In this document: piece by piece, positions 24,546 to 37,467 of the stretch | Position numbering within the stretch: position 1 is the first letter of the stretch | How the letters are laid out: each line of letters opens with the position of its first letter | Assembly: GCF_963921235.1 (NCBI RefSeq) | Contig: NC_086097.1 | Location: 249,242,001-249,306,000, forward strand | Length of the DNA stretch: 64,000 nt | Origin: Mobula hypostoma | Taxonomy: Eukaryota | Reading direction: 5' to 3' | The notes under the pieces: model-generated | The model's database searches: none | What the model saw: only the letters and a program-made list of their open reading frames with translations | Told to the model about the DNA's origin: nothing | Made by a program: the position numbers and the translations under genes

Positions 24546-27500
24546 AAAGTCCTCAAAAGCATGAGCCAGAAGAAGCAGGTCCACTTGTACCAAGTCAAGC
24601 TATGTCTAGAATCTAGATTCAAGATAGATACGTGCGGCATAGTAGTTAGCGTAATGCTTTCACAGTGCCAGCGATCAGCAATTAGGTTCAAATCTCACCC
24701 CTGCCTGCAAACAGTTTATGCGTTATCCCCATGACCATCTGTGTTTCATCCCATACCCCAAAAACTGGAGTAAGTGAGTTGTAGGCATGTTACGTTACTG
24801 CCGGAAGCACGTTCATACTTCTGGGCTGCCCAGCATAATCCTCGCTGAATGGATTTGATGTAAATGATGCATTTCACTGTATGTACAGGTGACCTAAAGC
24901 TAATCTTTATGGTACAAGTCTACTTCAGTTAAAATACGCCCAATGCTGCAGATGGTCTGGTTCAGCTACAAAAAGGAGAGAGTTGATAGAATGGCGGGGG
25001 GGGGGGCAGTCTCATTGAAACCCAATTAGTATTGAAAGGCCTAGATAGTGTGGATGTGGAAAGGAGGTTTCCTGTGGTGGGTGAGCTAGGACCAGAAGGC
25101 AGTCCCAGAATAGGACATCCTTTAGGACAGATCAGGGGGAACTTATTGCCACTGGCAGGTGTAGAGGCCAAGTTATTGAGTATATTTGAATCACAGGTTG
25201 CTAGGTTCTCAATTAATATGGGTAAAGGTTACGTAAAGCAGACAGGAAAATGGGATTGAGAAAGATAATAAATCAGTCATGGTAGAGCAGTCGACGGGCT
25301 GACTGGCCTAATTCCGCTCCTGTGTCTGACAGTATGAACTACAGGTAGCAGTACAGTACAACGGTTTGATATTCCATATATTTAGTTGCAGGTATTCTGC
25401 TCAGAACAGAGATGTGGATGGATTCAGATGGGCAGTGGGTGTTGAGAGCATCATTGTACACATGGCTTTCTCTAGTGTATGGACAGCACGAAATCAGGTA
25501 TTACCATTTGCAGGGGTCATGCTATTGCAAAATTAAAATAAAAAGCTCAATTTATAAAGGCAGATGCACCGCTACTGTTTTTTCTAAATTACCAATTCTT
25601 TTACTGTCCATCAGGGCTGAAGACCACTGGGCTTCAGAACAAATGAGAAAAAAATACAGCGGATCCTCTTTCTGGTTCATTCATAGTGCTGTCTGGACCC
25701 AAACATTCACACCTACATTTAAGTAATTGACTGGATTTTTTTTTAAATGCAGGACTTTTTTTTTAAAAGATTTTAAAAGAAAAGTACATTTTTTTTTAAA
25801 AGGCTAGTGTTCTTTGTATTGCACCCTAACAAAACAGTACAAACTGACAAGTATCAAAACTATATTTCCACACTATTCTTCGTCAGGACAGTAGTTGGCC
25901 CATCATTGCCAATCTTCCACAAATAAACCAAAGCAATATTACAAATCCCCCCTCCTTTCACAAATTTATTACAAATGATACTCAGGAAAAGAAACTTTGA
26001 ATATTAATTGACTTCCTTTTTGCAATTAAATACTTTACGGCCATTAGATATGCAGATTTACCAATGCAGCCAGTTCAAGCACAGCTAACCATATTTTCAT
26101 GTATCCAGGACAGAAGCGGGCAAGACAATTATTGCAGACACTACCCACCCTGCAAGCTGCCTTTTCCAAAAGCTCCCTTCAGGAGAGTGCTGTCGGGCTA
26201 TTAAAACAAAATCTTCACATTATCTTCAAATTCCGCCTCCCCCCCACCCCCCCCAGCAGTTTTTTCTGATCAACCATTCTAGTCAGCCCCATTCCCCTTT
26301 ATCTATTACCCCACCCCTGCACTATAAACTTTTTAAACCACATACTGGTATTAATGTATTTATGTACATTTTATTCCACATCTGCACACACCTCTAACGT
26401 AACTTTTTATACAATTCTTAATTATAACTGTAGGATATTGTTTTTTGTTGCATGTCACACCCTGATCAACACACCACAACAAATTCCCAACACATGTAAA
26501 TGAATATGGCGAATAAAATTAACCCTTGTCCTTCTGGCATTTATATCACACATCTACTCTCTCATCGTGTGTATCCATCTCACAGAAAGCTAAGATGTTT
26601 TAATTTATGATGAGTAATTACTCCTTCAAAAATTTAATCATCTTAACTAATTTGAAGAGCTAACAATTCCATTACTCCAAAAATTTCTCCTACAATGCAA
26701 TACAGTGTCTTTTAAAATGCATGCTTTTTGAAAAGAGAAGCAAACAGCTCCTAAGGTCCAATACTGTTTCTCCTAAAATTCAATACGGCTTCTTTTAAAA
26801 TGCATGCTATTCCCCATACCTCCAAACAATGGCTGTCATCCTTCACAATGTTAGTGCAGCAGCTGAACTTGGACAGATTGTGCCTCAGGCAAGACACAAC
26901 ACATTCACATCAGCAACACGAAACGGCCTAAACTTTTATCCAGTAAGTTCATCTTAATCGTTTAATACTAAACATGAAAACTTAGACTCAACACAAGCAG
27001 GATACACAATTTAGTAGCTTAACGTAAAAATCCACCTGCAAGTGCTACTTGTCTGTAACTGTCTCTGATACATTTATGTTCAACAGGATTTAGTATACTC
27101 TACAAGTTCCAAAAAAGGCCCAAAGTATTAATTGTATTGCGGAACAGCCCCTTTCAGCCCAACGAACTGTACTGACTAACAACCCACCAATTTATCATTA
27201 GCCAGGCCAATTTACAAAGACCAATTAACCTACTTTGGATTAGAAGAGGAAACCTGAGCACCTAGAAGAAACCCAAGTGGTCACGGGGAGAATGTACAAA
27301 CGCCCTACAGATGGCATCGGAATTGAACTCCGAATTGCTGTAATGGCAACGCGTTAACCAAGACATCCTAAAGTAAAGTGCAAAATAGACAAAAGCTTAT
27401 CTATTGAAAGCAAAAGCATTGAGAATGACAAAACTACACCGGTATAAATTCAATTAGCTACTTACAGATATTGCTTGCAAATAATCCCCCCACCACCACC

Positions 27501-30500
27501 CCCACTCTTCCCTCTAAACTGTGTGGATGTGTGGCTGTGCAGTAACTGAAATGCTCCCACACACATATCCAACGTTGCCGCACAGCTAGAATTTTCTTTT
27601 ACAATTTTGAAATTATGTTAATATAATTGCGCAATACCCTGTAATTATGTGTTAATGAATTTAATCCAAAAATTTTGTAAATAATAGATGTACCACAGCC
27701 TTTACTTAGAAGCATTTTAGAGCTTCAGCGGATTTACATTGTCAATGTTTCAAGCTGTAACAGTGTTACAAATTGTGACAATAAACACAGAATGGGAAGC
27801 AGTAGCTCATTGTTAATAAATCACTGGCCCGCTGACCCTGACTAGTCAAAACATTTTATTCTTGCCGTTTGTGCCTGCCAATCGCCTTGACTGTCTGACA
27901 TCGTTTACTTGTGTCATGTTATAGTTGCTGTTGTCATGTGCAAATTACAAAAAAATATTAAAGTGCCGTGCAGTTTTCAAGCCATATAAAATTTTCCAAC
28001 ACAGCACAGCTGTAATAAAAACTAGTGGGAGTGTTGCCACCATCTTCTAAACATATTTATATTGTGGGTATACAGTTTTTACAAGCAGCAATAAAACTGC
28101 CCTGAAAGCTAATTTAATTAATTACATATGTAAATGAATGTTCACATTCCAATAAACTGAAATGTTAATTGTTAATGTAAGTTGTAGAGCAAGTTTTGTG
28201 CAAATACTGGCTCCAGCAAAACTTTAACACAAGATCACAAACACAAGAAAGTCTGCAGATGCGGGAAATCCAAAGCAACACAGACAAAATTCTGGAGGAA
28301 CTCAGCAGGTCAGGCTGCATCTATGGAAGAGTAAAGAGTCGACATTTTGAGCCGAGACCCTTCTTCAGATTACAACAGTTTTTGATGGTTCTTGATACTT
28401 GAACATCCTTCGCTATTGTACTTCTATCCAAGGAGTTATGGCTTCATGCTGCAGAGACAGCTTCACCACCCACGCATTCACAGGCAACCCCCACCCCACT
28501 AACTATCTATCGCCTTCTCCTCCAAGACAACCTCCAGACCAGGAAACCATGTGTTACAATGTAAAATGATTTTCCACAGCACTAATGAAACTCAAAACAT
28601 GCAAGTCAACGACGACTACACTTATCTAAAAGAATGTGTGTTTAATTACAATCCTGTAACAGCCATGTCAATTTATTGCACCTTTCATTATATGACAGCG
28701 CCATTGATAGCATACTGATCTACAGCATGGTACATCAGAGTGATCAAAATGCACTTCCGCAAATGATCAGGACTGCAGAGAACATCATGGGGACAAAAAT
28801 ACCCGATATGGAAACCAGCTACAACTCAAAGTTAAAAGTAAAATTTATTATCAGAGTACATACTAATCCGAGATTACAAGCCTGAGATTAATTTTCCTGT
28901 GGGCATACTCAGCAAATCTATAGAATAGCAACTAAAACAGGATCCATGAAAGATCAACCAGAGTGCAGAAGACAACAAACTGTGCAAATACAAACATAAA
29001 TAAATAGCAATAAATAAGAACAAAACACGGAGTCCTGAAAGTGAGATCATTGGTTGTGGGAACACCTCAATAGAGGAGTGTAGCTGTCCCCTTTTGTTCA
29101 AGAGCCTGACAGTTGAGGGGTAGTAACCATTCTTGAACCTGGTGGTACCAGTCCTGAGGCTCTTGTACCTTCTACCTGATGGCACAACATTATAATGGAC
29201 TCATCCCATCCCAGTAACTACCTGCTCGATCTCCTACCACACAGCAGGAGACACAGCAGCAACCGGTATGGATATCCAGAATGATAAACAACTTTTTTCC
29301 CCAGGGCTGTTGCACATCTGAACAAACCCCCTCCCCCCCAAAGTCACTATAGACAATCACTAAGTGCAATACGTGGGCATGTATTTTTAAATTTTTAAGT
29401 TCAATTCTTGATGTTATTTTATATTTAGTCTTTGGATTTTATGACAGCCGGTGTACAACACTTAAACGGGTCAGCCACTGTTTCTTTTAATCTTACACTT
29501 GTTTGTAATTCAGTTGTAGCTTAGATGTCATTCTGAATAACCCAGGCGTTATTTTCAATGAAGTCATTGTGTTTTAGTAATTGAATCGCCAGTACGATGT
29601 TTTTGCACTAATGAAGTAGCACTGCAATCTCGTTGTTCTCAGCAATGACAATAACTAACTGTCTACTACGAATGTTACTTTTGCGCAAGTTATTCTGTTA
29701 CAAAGAATCCTTCAAGTTATTCCATAGCAGCAGCCGCTATTGCGACACTGCTCTCCTGACAGTTTCATAAACAGGTCAACTAGAGTGATCCTTCTCCAAA
29801 AAGAGTGCCACGAATTGATACAGTTTTCCATCAAGAGATCACAAGACGAGTTCCAAACTGCCGTGGATGTTCCCGTGTTTACATCCAAAACTATACAAAA
29901 CGGATAACAAGTTGTTTGCCCAAAGCTACAAATTCACACGTGCACTTAGTTACTGAAAGGATTTTAATTCGGTGACTGTCACGAACCGACCCGCAGTATG
30001 TTTGGGAGTGAGACGGGGATGCAGAAACAAAAGAAAACAAGTATGATTTGGCTGCAAGAGGGGGAAGAAGATTTTGTAACTGGTGTAATAATACAGCCCT
30101 ACCATCCAGCCCATCTCCCACCACCAGCACCACCACCGGGTCCGGCCGGTCAAAGTTTGGACGAGATAAAACGGCGCAGCTCCCGGCCGCGCTGTCCCAC
30201 TGGTCGGAGGGGTGGTCAGCACCACCACAGGTCCGGGTGACGGACCTGGTGTCAGGGTTTGACCCGGGAAGGAAGGGAGGGAGAGAGAAAGAGGGGGCAG
30301 GGGCTCCCCCTCCCACCCCATCCCAGCTCAGAAACAATGGCTTCATTTTCCGTCACCTTCACTCGGGACCCCACACCCTAGGGGATGGGTCCTGCAAACA
30401 ATCCGGTCCCAACACCCCCACACCACTCCACACCACTCCTCCCCTCCCCCGCCCTCCTCCTCCTCGCCCCGGCCCCTCGCCATGTTGGGAGGCTGCAAGA

Positions 30501-30576
30501 AAGGTTAACTGCAACCCCGGCCCAGCCCAGCCCAGCCCGCCACCGTTACAAACCCCCACACCTCCCGCTGACTCAC

Positions 30577-30646
30577 CGAGAGCGCGGGATACGCCGATCG
30601 CCAGCATCGCCAAGCCGAGCATCGCGCCCCGACACACTCCAGCCAT
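30577..30646 (-). CDS. First coding exon of an unidentified secreted or membrane protein (MAGVCRGAMLGLAMLAIGVSRAL, phase-1 intron)
   Basis: Strong Kozak context GCGGCCATGG and a 70-nt frame with a hydrophobic core. The canonical donor G|GTGAGT is at 30576-30571, inside the CpG island downstream of the CCAAT boxes. Confidence 0.75.
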
Positions 30647-30731
30647 GGCCGCACCGACAGCACGGTCGCCACTAACTCTACGCTCCGAGCAGAGCCTGCC
30701 GCCCCGACGGCCGCATGACACGCCAACTCCC

Positions 30732-31178
30732 ATTGGCTGAAGCCTCTTCACCGACCCCCCTCCTCACGGAGAGGATAACACAACTTCTCCGATTGGTCTG
30801 CCGCCGACTCCGCGCCACATCGTGTCTGATTGGCCCACCCTGTTCGAGCCCTTCTCTCATTCGCCACCTGACTGTCAGAACGGAGACGCGGCGCAACATC
30901 TGCTACTCCATTGGAGAATATCACCGTCACTCAATAAAGAGCCCCCGTTCATTGGGTGTCTCCGACTAACCCTCTTCCATGCTCTGGGTTTGATTGGCTG
31001 GGTCGGAAAGCGCGTGGTTGGCCGTTGTCCGCTAGTGTCAACAGATGCGCTGGTGGGATGCCAGCGCAGGCTGAGTGTTTGTTTGTTCACTTCAGCCTGA
31101 GCTCGGGGAGAAATCGAATCTATGATTAGCGGCCGAGTGCGATTGGACCGGCCCCTGCGGGAGCCGCGTTTTGATTGG
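30732..31178 (-). promoter_or_regulatory. Cluster of eight CCAAT (NF-Y-type) boxes
   Basis: ATTGG on + at 30732, 30792, 30829, 30910, 30951, 30993, 31142 and 31174, all in the same orientation. Confidence 0.75.
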
Positions 31179-31744
31179 CCGAGCGGCTGCAGGCTCCGTT
31201 CGCCAAGTCTGGCTCTGTAGTTTTTGTAGTTAGCGCCGCACTGTCGGTCCCGCTATTGTTCCTTTCGCCATTTAATCGCCCCGCAGGTTTACCACGCGAT
31301 GCACCTCTATTTGTTCAGTGCTAGTAGGTCAAAGATGTAATATTTTAAAATTTCCTCTCTTTTCCGACAAACAGTTCCCCATCTGTGCCCAAACAGGAAC
31401 TGCTCTCGTGTTGGTGTATTTTCAATTACTCTTTGTAGCAAAACAACTTGCATAAAAGTAATATTCGTGATACACAGCTTATAATACTTGGAAAGAATCG
31501 TCGTAGCTGTAACACTCAAACATCTAAGAAATTGTGGTCCCCACTGTACAAAAGTTATTTAACCACGGAAAGATGCAGTGAGCGTAGGGGTTTTTTTTGT
31601 AATACGGGGGTAGAAATTTCAAAAGGAGACAGACTGCTCAGCAGCACAGCAAACAGTGTGGAAATATGTGTGGTTGTCTACTTCGGTTGAAAAAACGGAA
31701 GTGTTAATCATTTCGCAATGTCGAGGTATTGAGATATGTCTGCA

Positions 31745-33187
31745 TTAAAGGGGAAGAGGGAGAGAGAAACCAGGGAATTATAGACCGGTTAGCCTAACAT
31801 CGGTGGTGGGGAAACTGCTGGAGTCAGTTATCAAAGATGTGATAACAGCGCATTTGGAAAGCAGTGAAATCATTGGACAAAGTCAGCATGGATTTGTGAA
31901 AGGAAAATCATGTCTGACGAATCTCATAGAATTTTTTGAGGATGTAACTAGTAGAGTGGATAGGGGAGAACCAGTGGATGTGGTATATTTGGATTTTCAA
32001 AAGGCTTTTGACAAGGTCCCACACTGGAGATTAGTGTGCAAACTTAAAGCACACGGTATTGGGGGTAAGGTATTGATGTGGATAGAGAATTGGTTGGCAG
32101 ACAGGAAGCAAAGAGTGGGAATAAACGGGACCTTTTCAGAATGGCAGGCAGTGACTAGTGGGGTACCGCAAGGCTCAGTGCTGGGACCCCAGTTGTTTAC
32201 AATATATATTAATGACTTAGATGAGGGAATTAAATGCAGCATCTCCAAGTTTGCGGATGACACGAAGCTGGGTGGCAGTGTTAGCAGTGAGGAGGATGCT
32301 AAGAGGATGCAGGGTGACTTGGATAGGTTGGGTGAGTGGGCAAATTCATGGCATATGCAATTTAATGTGGATAAATGTGAAGTTATCCACTTTGGTGGCA
32401 AAAATAGGAAGACAGATTATTATCTAAATGGTGGCTGATTAGGAAAAGGGGAGGTGCCACGAGACCTGGGTGTCATTATACACCAGTCATTGAAAGTGGG
32501 CATGCAAGTACAGCAGGTGGTGAAAAAGGTGAATGGTATGCTGGCATTTATAGCGAGAAGATTCGAGTACAGGAGCAGGGGGGTGCTACTGCAGTTGTAC
32601 AAGGCCTTGGTGAGACCACACCTGGAGTATTGTGTGCAGTTTTGGTCCCCTAATCTGAGGAAAGACATCCTTGCCATAGAGGGAGTACAAAGAAGGTTCA
32701 CCAGATTGATTCCTGGGATGGCAGGACTTTCATATGAAGAAAGACTGGATGAACTGGGCTTGTACTCGTTGGAATTTAGAAGATTGAGGGGGGATCTGAT
32801 TGAAACGTATAAAATCCTAAAGGGATTGGACGGGCTAGATGCAGAAAGATTGTTCCCGATGTTGGGGAAGTCCAGAACGAGGGGTCACAGTTTGAGGATA
32901 AAGGGGAAGCCTTTTAGGACCGAGATTAGGAAAAACTTCTTCACACAGAGAGTGGTGAATCTGTGGAATTCTCTGCCACAGGAAACAGTTGAGGCCAGTT
33001 CATTGGCTATATTTAAGAGGGAATTAGATATGGCCCTTGTGGCTATGGGGATCAGGGGGTATGGAGGGAAGGCTGGGGCGGGGTTCTGAGTTGGATGATC
33101 AGCCATGATCATAATAAATGGCGGTGCAGGCTCGAAGGGCCGAATGGCCTACTCCTGCACCTATTTTCTATGTTTCTATGTTTCTAT
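31745..33187 (+). mobile_element. Young 5'-truncated CR1 LINE (RT)
   Basis: ORFs 31803-32438 and 32454-33089 are the same frame split by a single TGA. Motifs [27 protein letters not shown] and KFADD are present, with a (TTTCTATG)n tail. Confidence 0.95.
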
Positions 33188-33552
33188 TAGTACGCACAGG
33201 TGTATTGAAGTGTAGAATGTATGTTACCAAGAAGATCCTTCAGTGATAATGGTCGTGTACTACCCCCAGGAGGGCACAGGAGTGGCAGCGGTGTGTAGGA
33301 ACATAACAGAACAGTGCTGAAAGCATTGACTATGAATGTAAAAAAATCAATAGGCATTGCACGCTTTATTCTTGTAAGTTTTTATTATCCATAAACTTGA
33401 GTTTGATCGATTAAAAAATTGTCATTTATCACGAATGTTTGAGTAAGACGGTAAATATGTCCACCTACAATTATGCACAGTATGAGGGAGCAACATATAA
33501 GGTATTATGTACAATTTTGTCACCTGACCTAAAAAAAAGATATACAGTGGAT

Positions 33553-34255
33553 ACAACAGGAATTCTGCAGATGCTGGAAATTCAAGCAACACACATCAAA
33601 GTTGCTGGTGAACGCAGCAGGCCAGGCAGCATCTCTAGGAAGAGGTACAGTCGACGTTTCGGGCCGAGACCCTTCGTCAGGACTAACTGAAAGAAGAGCT
33701 AGTGAGAGATTTGAAAGGGGGAGGGGGAGATCCAAAATGATGGGAGAAGACAGGAGGAGGAGGGATGGAGCCAAGAGCTGGACAGGTGATTGGCAAAAGG
33801 GATATGAGAAGATCATGGGACAGGAGGCCCAGGGAGAAGGAAAGTGGCGGGGGGGGAACCCAGAGGATGGGCAAGGGGTATAGTCGGAGGGACAGAGGGA
33901 GAAAAAGGAGAGAGAGAGAAAGAATGTATGTATAAAAATAAATAATGGATGGGATACGAGGGGGAGGTGGGGCATTAGCGGAAGTTAGAGAAGTCGATGT
34001 TCATGCCATCAGGTTGGAGGCTACCCAGACAGAATATAAGGTGTTGTTCCTCCAACTTGAGTGTGGCTTCATCTTTACAGTAGAGGAGGCCGTGGACAGA
34101 CATGTCAGAATGGGAATGGGATGTGGAAGTAAAATGTGTGGCCACTGGGAGATCCTGCCTTCTCCGGCGGACAGAGCATAGGTGTTCAGCAAAGCGGTCT
34201 CCCAGTCTGCATCGGGTCTCGCCAATATATAGAAGGCCACATCGGGAGCGCTGGA
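33553..34255 (-). mobile_element. Penelope-like element 3' part (GIY-YIG plus pLTR)
   Basis: Close match to 41630-42334 in reverse (GLLYIGETRCRLGDRFAEH). ATACAGTGGAT is duplicated at 33542-33552 and 34266-34276. Confidence 0.85.
33649..33684 (-). ncRNA. Minimal type I hammerhead ribozyme motif (best-preserved copy)
   Basis: AGTC-CTGACGA-A-GGGT-CTCG-GCCC-GAAAC-GTC-GACT: conserved core, stem II, stem I AGTC/GACT and a palindromic ACGT stem III. Confidence 0.75.
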
Positions 34256-34268
34256 TTATCAGTGGATA

Positions 34269-35045
34269 CAGTGGATTCTAGTTAATTGGGACCAGTACAT
34301 TTTGGCCCAATTAAGCAGCTGCCCAAATCAGCCAAAGTTTCATGGAAATAATTTAAAAAGGTATAAAAAAACCACAAACTATCATTTAACTGACTAAAAA
34401 ATTATGTATTTAAATGAAGTACAGAACAAATTAGAACACCATCAATACTACTACAGTACTTTAAAACCGTACATTAGTTCCTAATAGTTATTGACGGAGG
34501 AATTCATCCAGTGCACGCTGCCGTGCTCTTTCGATTGACTGTAAATGAACAAAATCAGCACAGATAATAAACTGCTTTCAAATAATACTATTGCATCTTC
34601 CAAATTTTCACTCTTGTTGTAACATGCAAGACAATCGTCCATACCTTCAAATTCTTCATAGTTCCTAACTTGTTGAAGTAGTGAAATCATTTCATTTTCA
34701 CTCCCCAGCACTTCTGGCATCTGCAAGCCTGAATGCTTGAAACTGCAGTGAGCAAAACGAGTCTGAATGATCTTGCTGCTTATTTCTTGCTAACTGTCAG
34801 TGACAAAAATCACTGTTTTTGAACACAAACGCACACAGCAGACACTATTTAAAAGTTGTTCACTTTTAGTACGGTGCTGTGTTTAACACCCATACAAGTA
34901 CATGTTGGAACGCCAGTTAGAAACTCTTTGGCAGCAGCCTCCTGCATCAATTAAGAAAGGGAATCCTACGTAGTTTCTAGGTTAGTTTTTGTTCTTTAAG
35001 AATTGTCCCAAATAAGCAGCTGGCCCAATTAACTGGAATCCACTG
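34269..35045. mobile_element. Tigger-type non-autonomous DNA transposon
   Basis: TIRs CAGTGGATTCTAGTTAATTGGG / CCCAATTAACTGGAATCCACTG with TA on both sides. Confidence 0.85.
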
Positions 35046-35624
35046 TACTTGCTCTAAAGCGGGGTTCTCAACTTGGGGTGCATGGACTCAGTTAATGGGA
35101 GGGGTCCATGGCATTAAAAAGGTTATGAAGTCTTGCTGTAAAGGAAGAACGAGAACAAAGGCTGTTTTGGAAATGAGCCCTGGTGGAATGGCACAGTAGA
35201 CTCAATGGGCTGACTGGCCTAATTCTGCTCCTGTGGCCGATGGTAACACTTACCTACAATAAGGGCAATCTACAATAACTTATTAATCTACCAATCTGCA
35301 CATCTTTGCAACATGGGAGGAAACCAGCAGCCCTCAGAGGAAATCCATGCGGTCATTATGTGGGAAGACCCTAACAAGGGTCAGGATTGAATGAAGTTTG
35401 CTGGAACAGTAGGGTGGCAGCCCTAATTGTCTCTCCACTGGGCTGCAGAACAATTAAACTGGTAAATTGGTTTATTATTTTCAATGTTCCAAGATACAGT
35501 GAAAATCTTCACAGGATCCGACTTTTTTTAACTGCAGAAAGATGCAATCTCAGCCAGCTCCATCACGGGCACTAGCATCCCCAGTATCCAGGACACCTTC
35601 AAAATGCGACACCCCAAAAAGGCA

Positions 35625-35922
35625 TCCATTAGTCTTGCAAGACCATGGATCTGCGCCTGGAAAGTCTTCACTCTCCAGGGCGCAGGCCTGGGCAAGGTTG
35701 TATGGAAGACCAGCAGTTGCCCATGCTGCAAGTCTCCCCTCTCCACGACGCCAATGTTGTCCGAGGGAAGGGCATTAGGACCCATACAGTTTGGCACCAG
35801 TGTCGTCACAGAGCAATGTGTGATTAAGTGCCTTGCTCAAGAACACAACACGTTGCCTCGGCTGGGACTCGAACTCACGACCGTCAGGTCGCTAGTCCAA
35901 TGCCTTAACCACTTGGCCACGT
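35625..35922 (-). mobile_element. tRNA-headed SINE with intact Pol III boxes
   Basis: Minus strand has A-box TGGCCAAGTGG and B-box GAGTTCGAGTCC, followed by a TTGAGCAAGGCACTTAA central domain. Confidence 0.8.
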
Positions 35923-37467
35923 ACCTCAAAAAGGCAGCATCCATCATTAAAGGCCCAACAGGCCGCGCCATCCAGCAATCTGCCTATTTAATCCTAGCTA
36001 AACTGCAGGACAATTTACACTGACCAATTAACGTACTAACCAGTTTGTCATTGGATTGTGGGCAGAAATCTGAGCACCCAGAGGAAAGCCACGTGCTGAC
36101 AGGAATTATGTACAAACTCCTTACAGACAACGCCTGAATTGAACTCACAACCCTGAAATAGCATCACGCTAACGGCTACACTACCATGGTGCTCTCCCAT
36201 AAGCAAGGTAGATTGTGAAGTGAAAAATCCATCTTTGCGTACTAGGGAATAATTTCATTGTCTTATAACAGCAAGGCAGAAGTTGTCCGTGAGCCTGGTG
36301 GTACGTGCTTTCAGGCTTTTGTATCTTCTTCCCGATGGGAGGGAGGAGAAGGAGAGGAGCAGGAAAGTCATAAACACAAGAGATTCTGCAGATGCTGGAA
36401 GTCAAGAGCTGGAGGATCTCAGCAGGTCAGGCAGCATCTATGGAGAGAAATAAACAGTCAACGTTTCAGGCCAAAACACCCTGCTGAGTACCTCCAGCGT
36501 TCTGTGTGCCTTCCTCTGGATTTCTAACATCTGCAAAATTTCTTGTGTTTTCAGGAGTGGATTTTTTTTAACTTGGCAAAATAATAACTTCGAATCACTG
36601 CTTTGTAACTATTTTCTTTTGTTTCCTCATTCTTGTAAGACAAACCAGGGTGAGTATGTTTTGCTTCTGAACAACACGCTAGAGGTATTTGGTGAGTCCA
36701 TCAGGCAGGCACTCAATTTTGGCTTTTTTTTTTCAGACTTACAGATTTTTATATCCCCTGTTGTTTGCCCAATCTTTCTTGGTTTTGTTGTGTGTGGGAG
36801 AGGGGGATTTGGGGGCCGATGTGCCTGTTCCATTTTTGTTCATTTTTTTGTGAGGGGCGGAGGGGTTTAGGGGTTGGTGATCTTGCTGCCATTCTCTTCT
36901 TTCTTGATTTCATGGCTATCTGGAGAAGAAGAATTTCAGAGTTGTATACTTTGATAATTAATGAACCTTTGAACCATTTTGGACATTGAATTCTCCAGTT
37001 TTAAGTAAACTGTTCCCTTCTGTCCCTTTTCTTTATCTTCTTGTTCCTCCTACACCTACTTATTTTCCCTCTCTGCCCATCACCCTCACACTCGTCAAAC
37101 TGCATCCCCTTACCAAGGACCTATGCCGCATCCCTTATTTGGTTCTAAGCTGCTCCTTCTTCTCCTATCAGATTCCATCATCTGTGGCCTCCGCCTGTTG
37201 GATCCTGATGTTTTTACTATCAGAAGCTTCTTTGGAAGTTAAGAACAATGCATAAAACTTCTTGATTTCATTTATTTATTTAGAGATGTCAGAGTAGCGA
37301 GGTAGAGATATGTCTCTACCAAAGGAGGTGTATGGCACTTCTTTGCTCCACTAATTTGCAGGTGACCCTTGGACAAAGTGTAGCCCCTGCTTAGACCCCT
37401 GATCAGGGCCACATGAAGCCATGGGAGCAGGTGGTGGATGGTCATAAGAGCAGCTGGTGCATTTCAC

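Larger units (their letters stand above)
30100..31320. promoter_or_regulatory. CpG island promoter
   Basis: Abrupt rise in GC and CpG density against CpG-depleted, TE-rich flanks. The region is free of recognisable TEs and spans a first exon. Confidence 0.85.

Noticed and set aside
30048..30740. 230-aa Pro-rich plus-strand ORF and other overlapping ORFs
   Set aside because: Expected from stop-codon scarcity in a GC-rich island; antisense to the better-supported exon.
30732..31000. ER-stress element (CCAAT-N9-CCACG) implying a chaperone gene such as SEL1L or HSP90B1
   Set aside because: I found no box with CCACG at the required spacing. A 70-nt first exon alone is not diagnostic, so no symbol was assigned.
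35850..35922. tRNA gene
   Set aside because: A and B boxes are present, but it continues into a SINE body without a proper acceptor stem or terminator.
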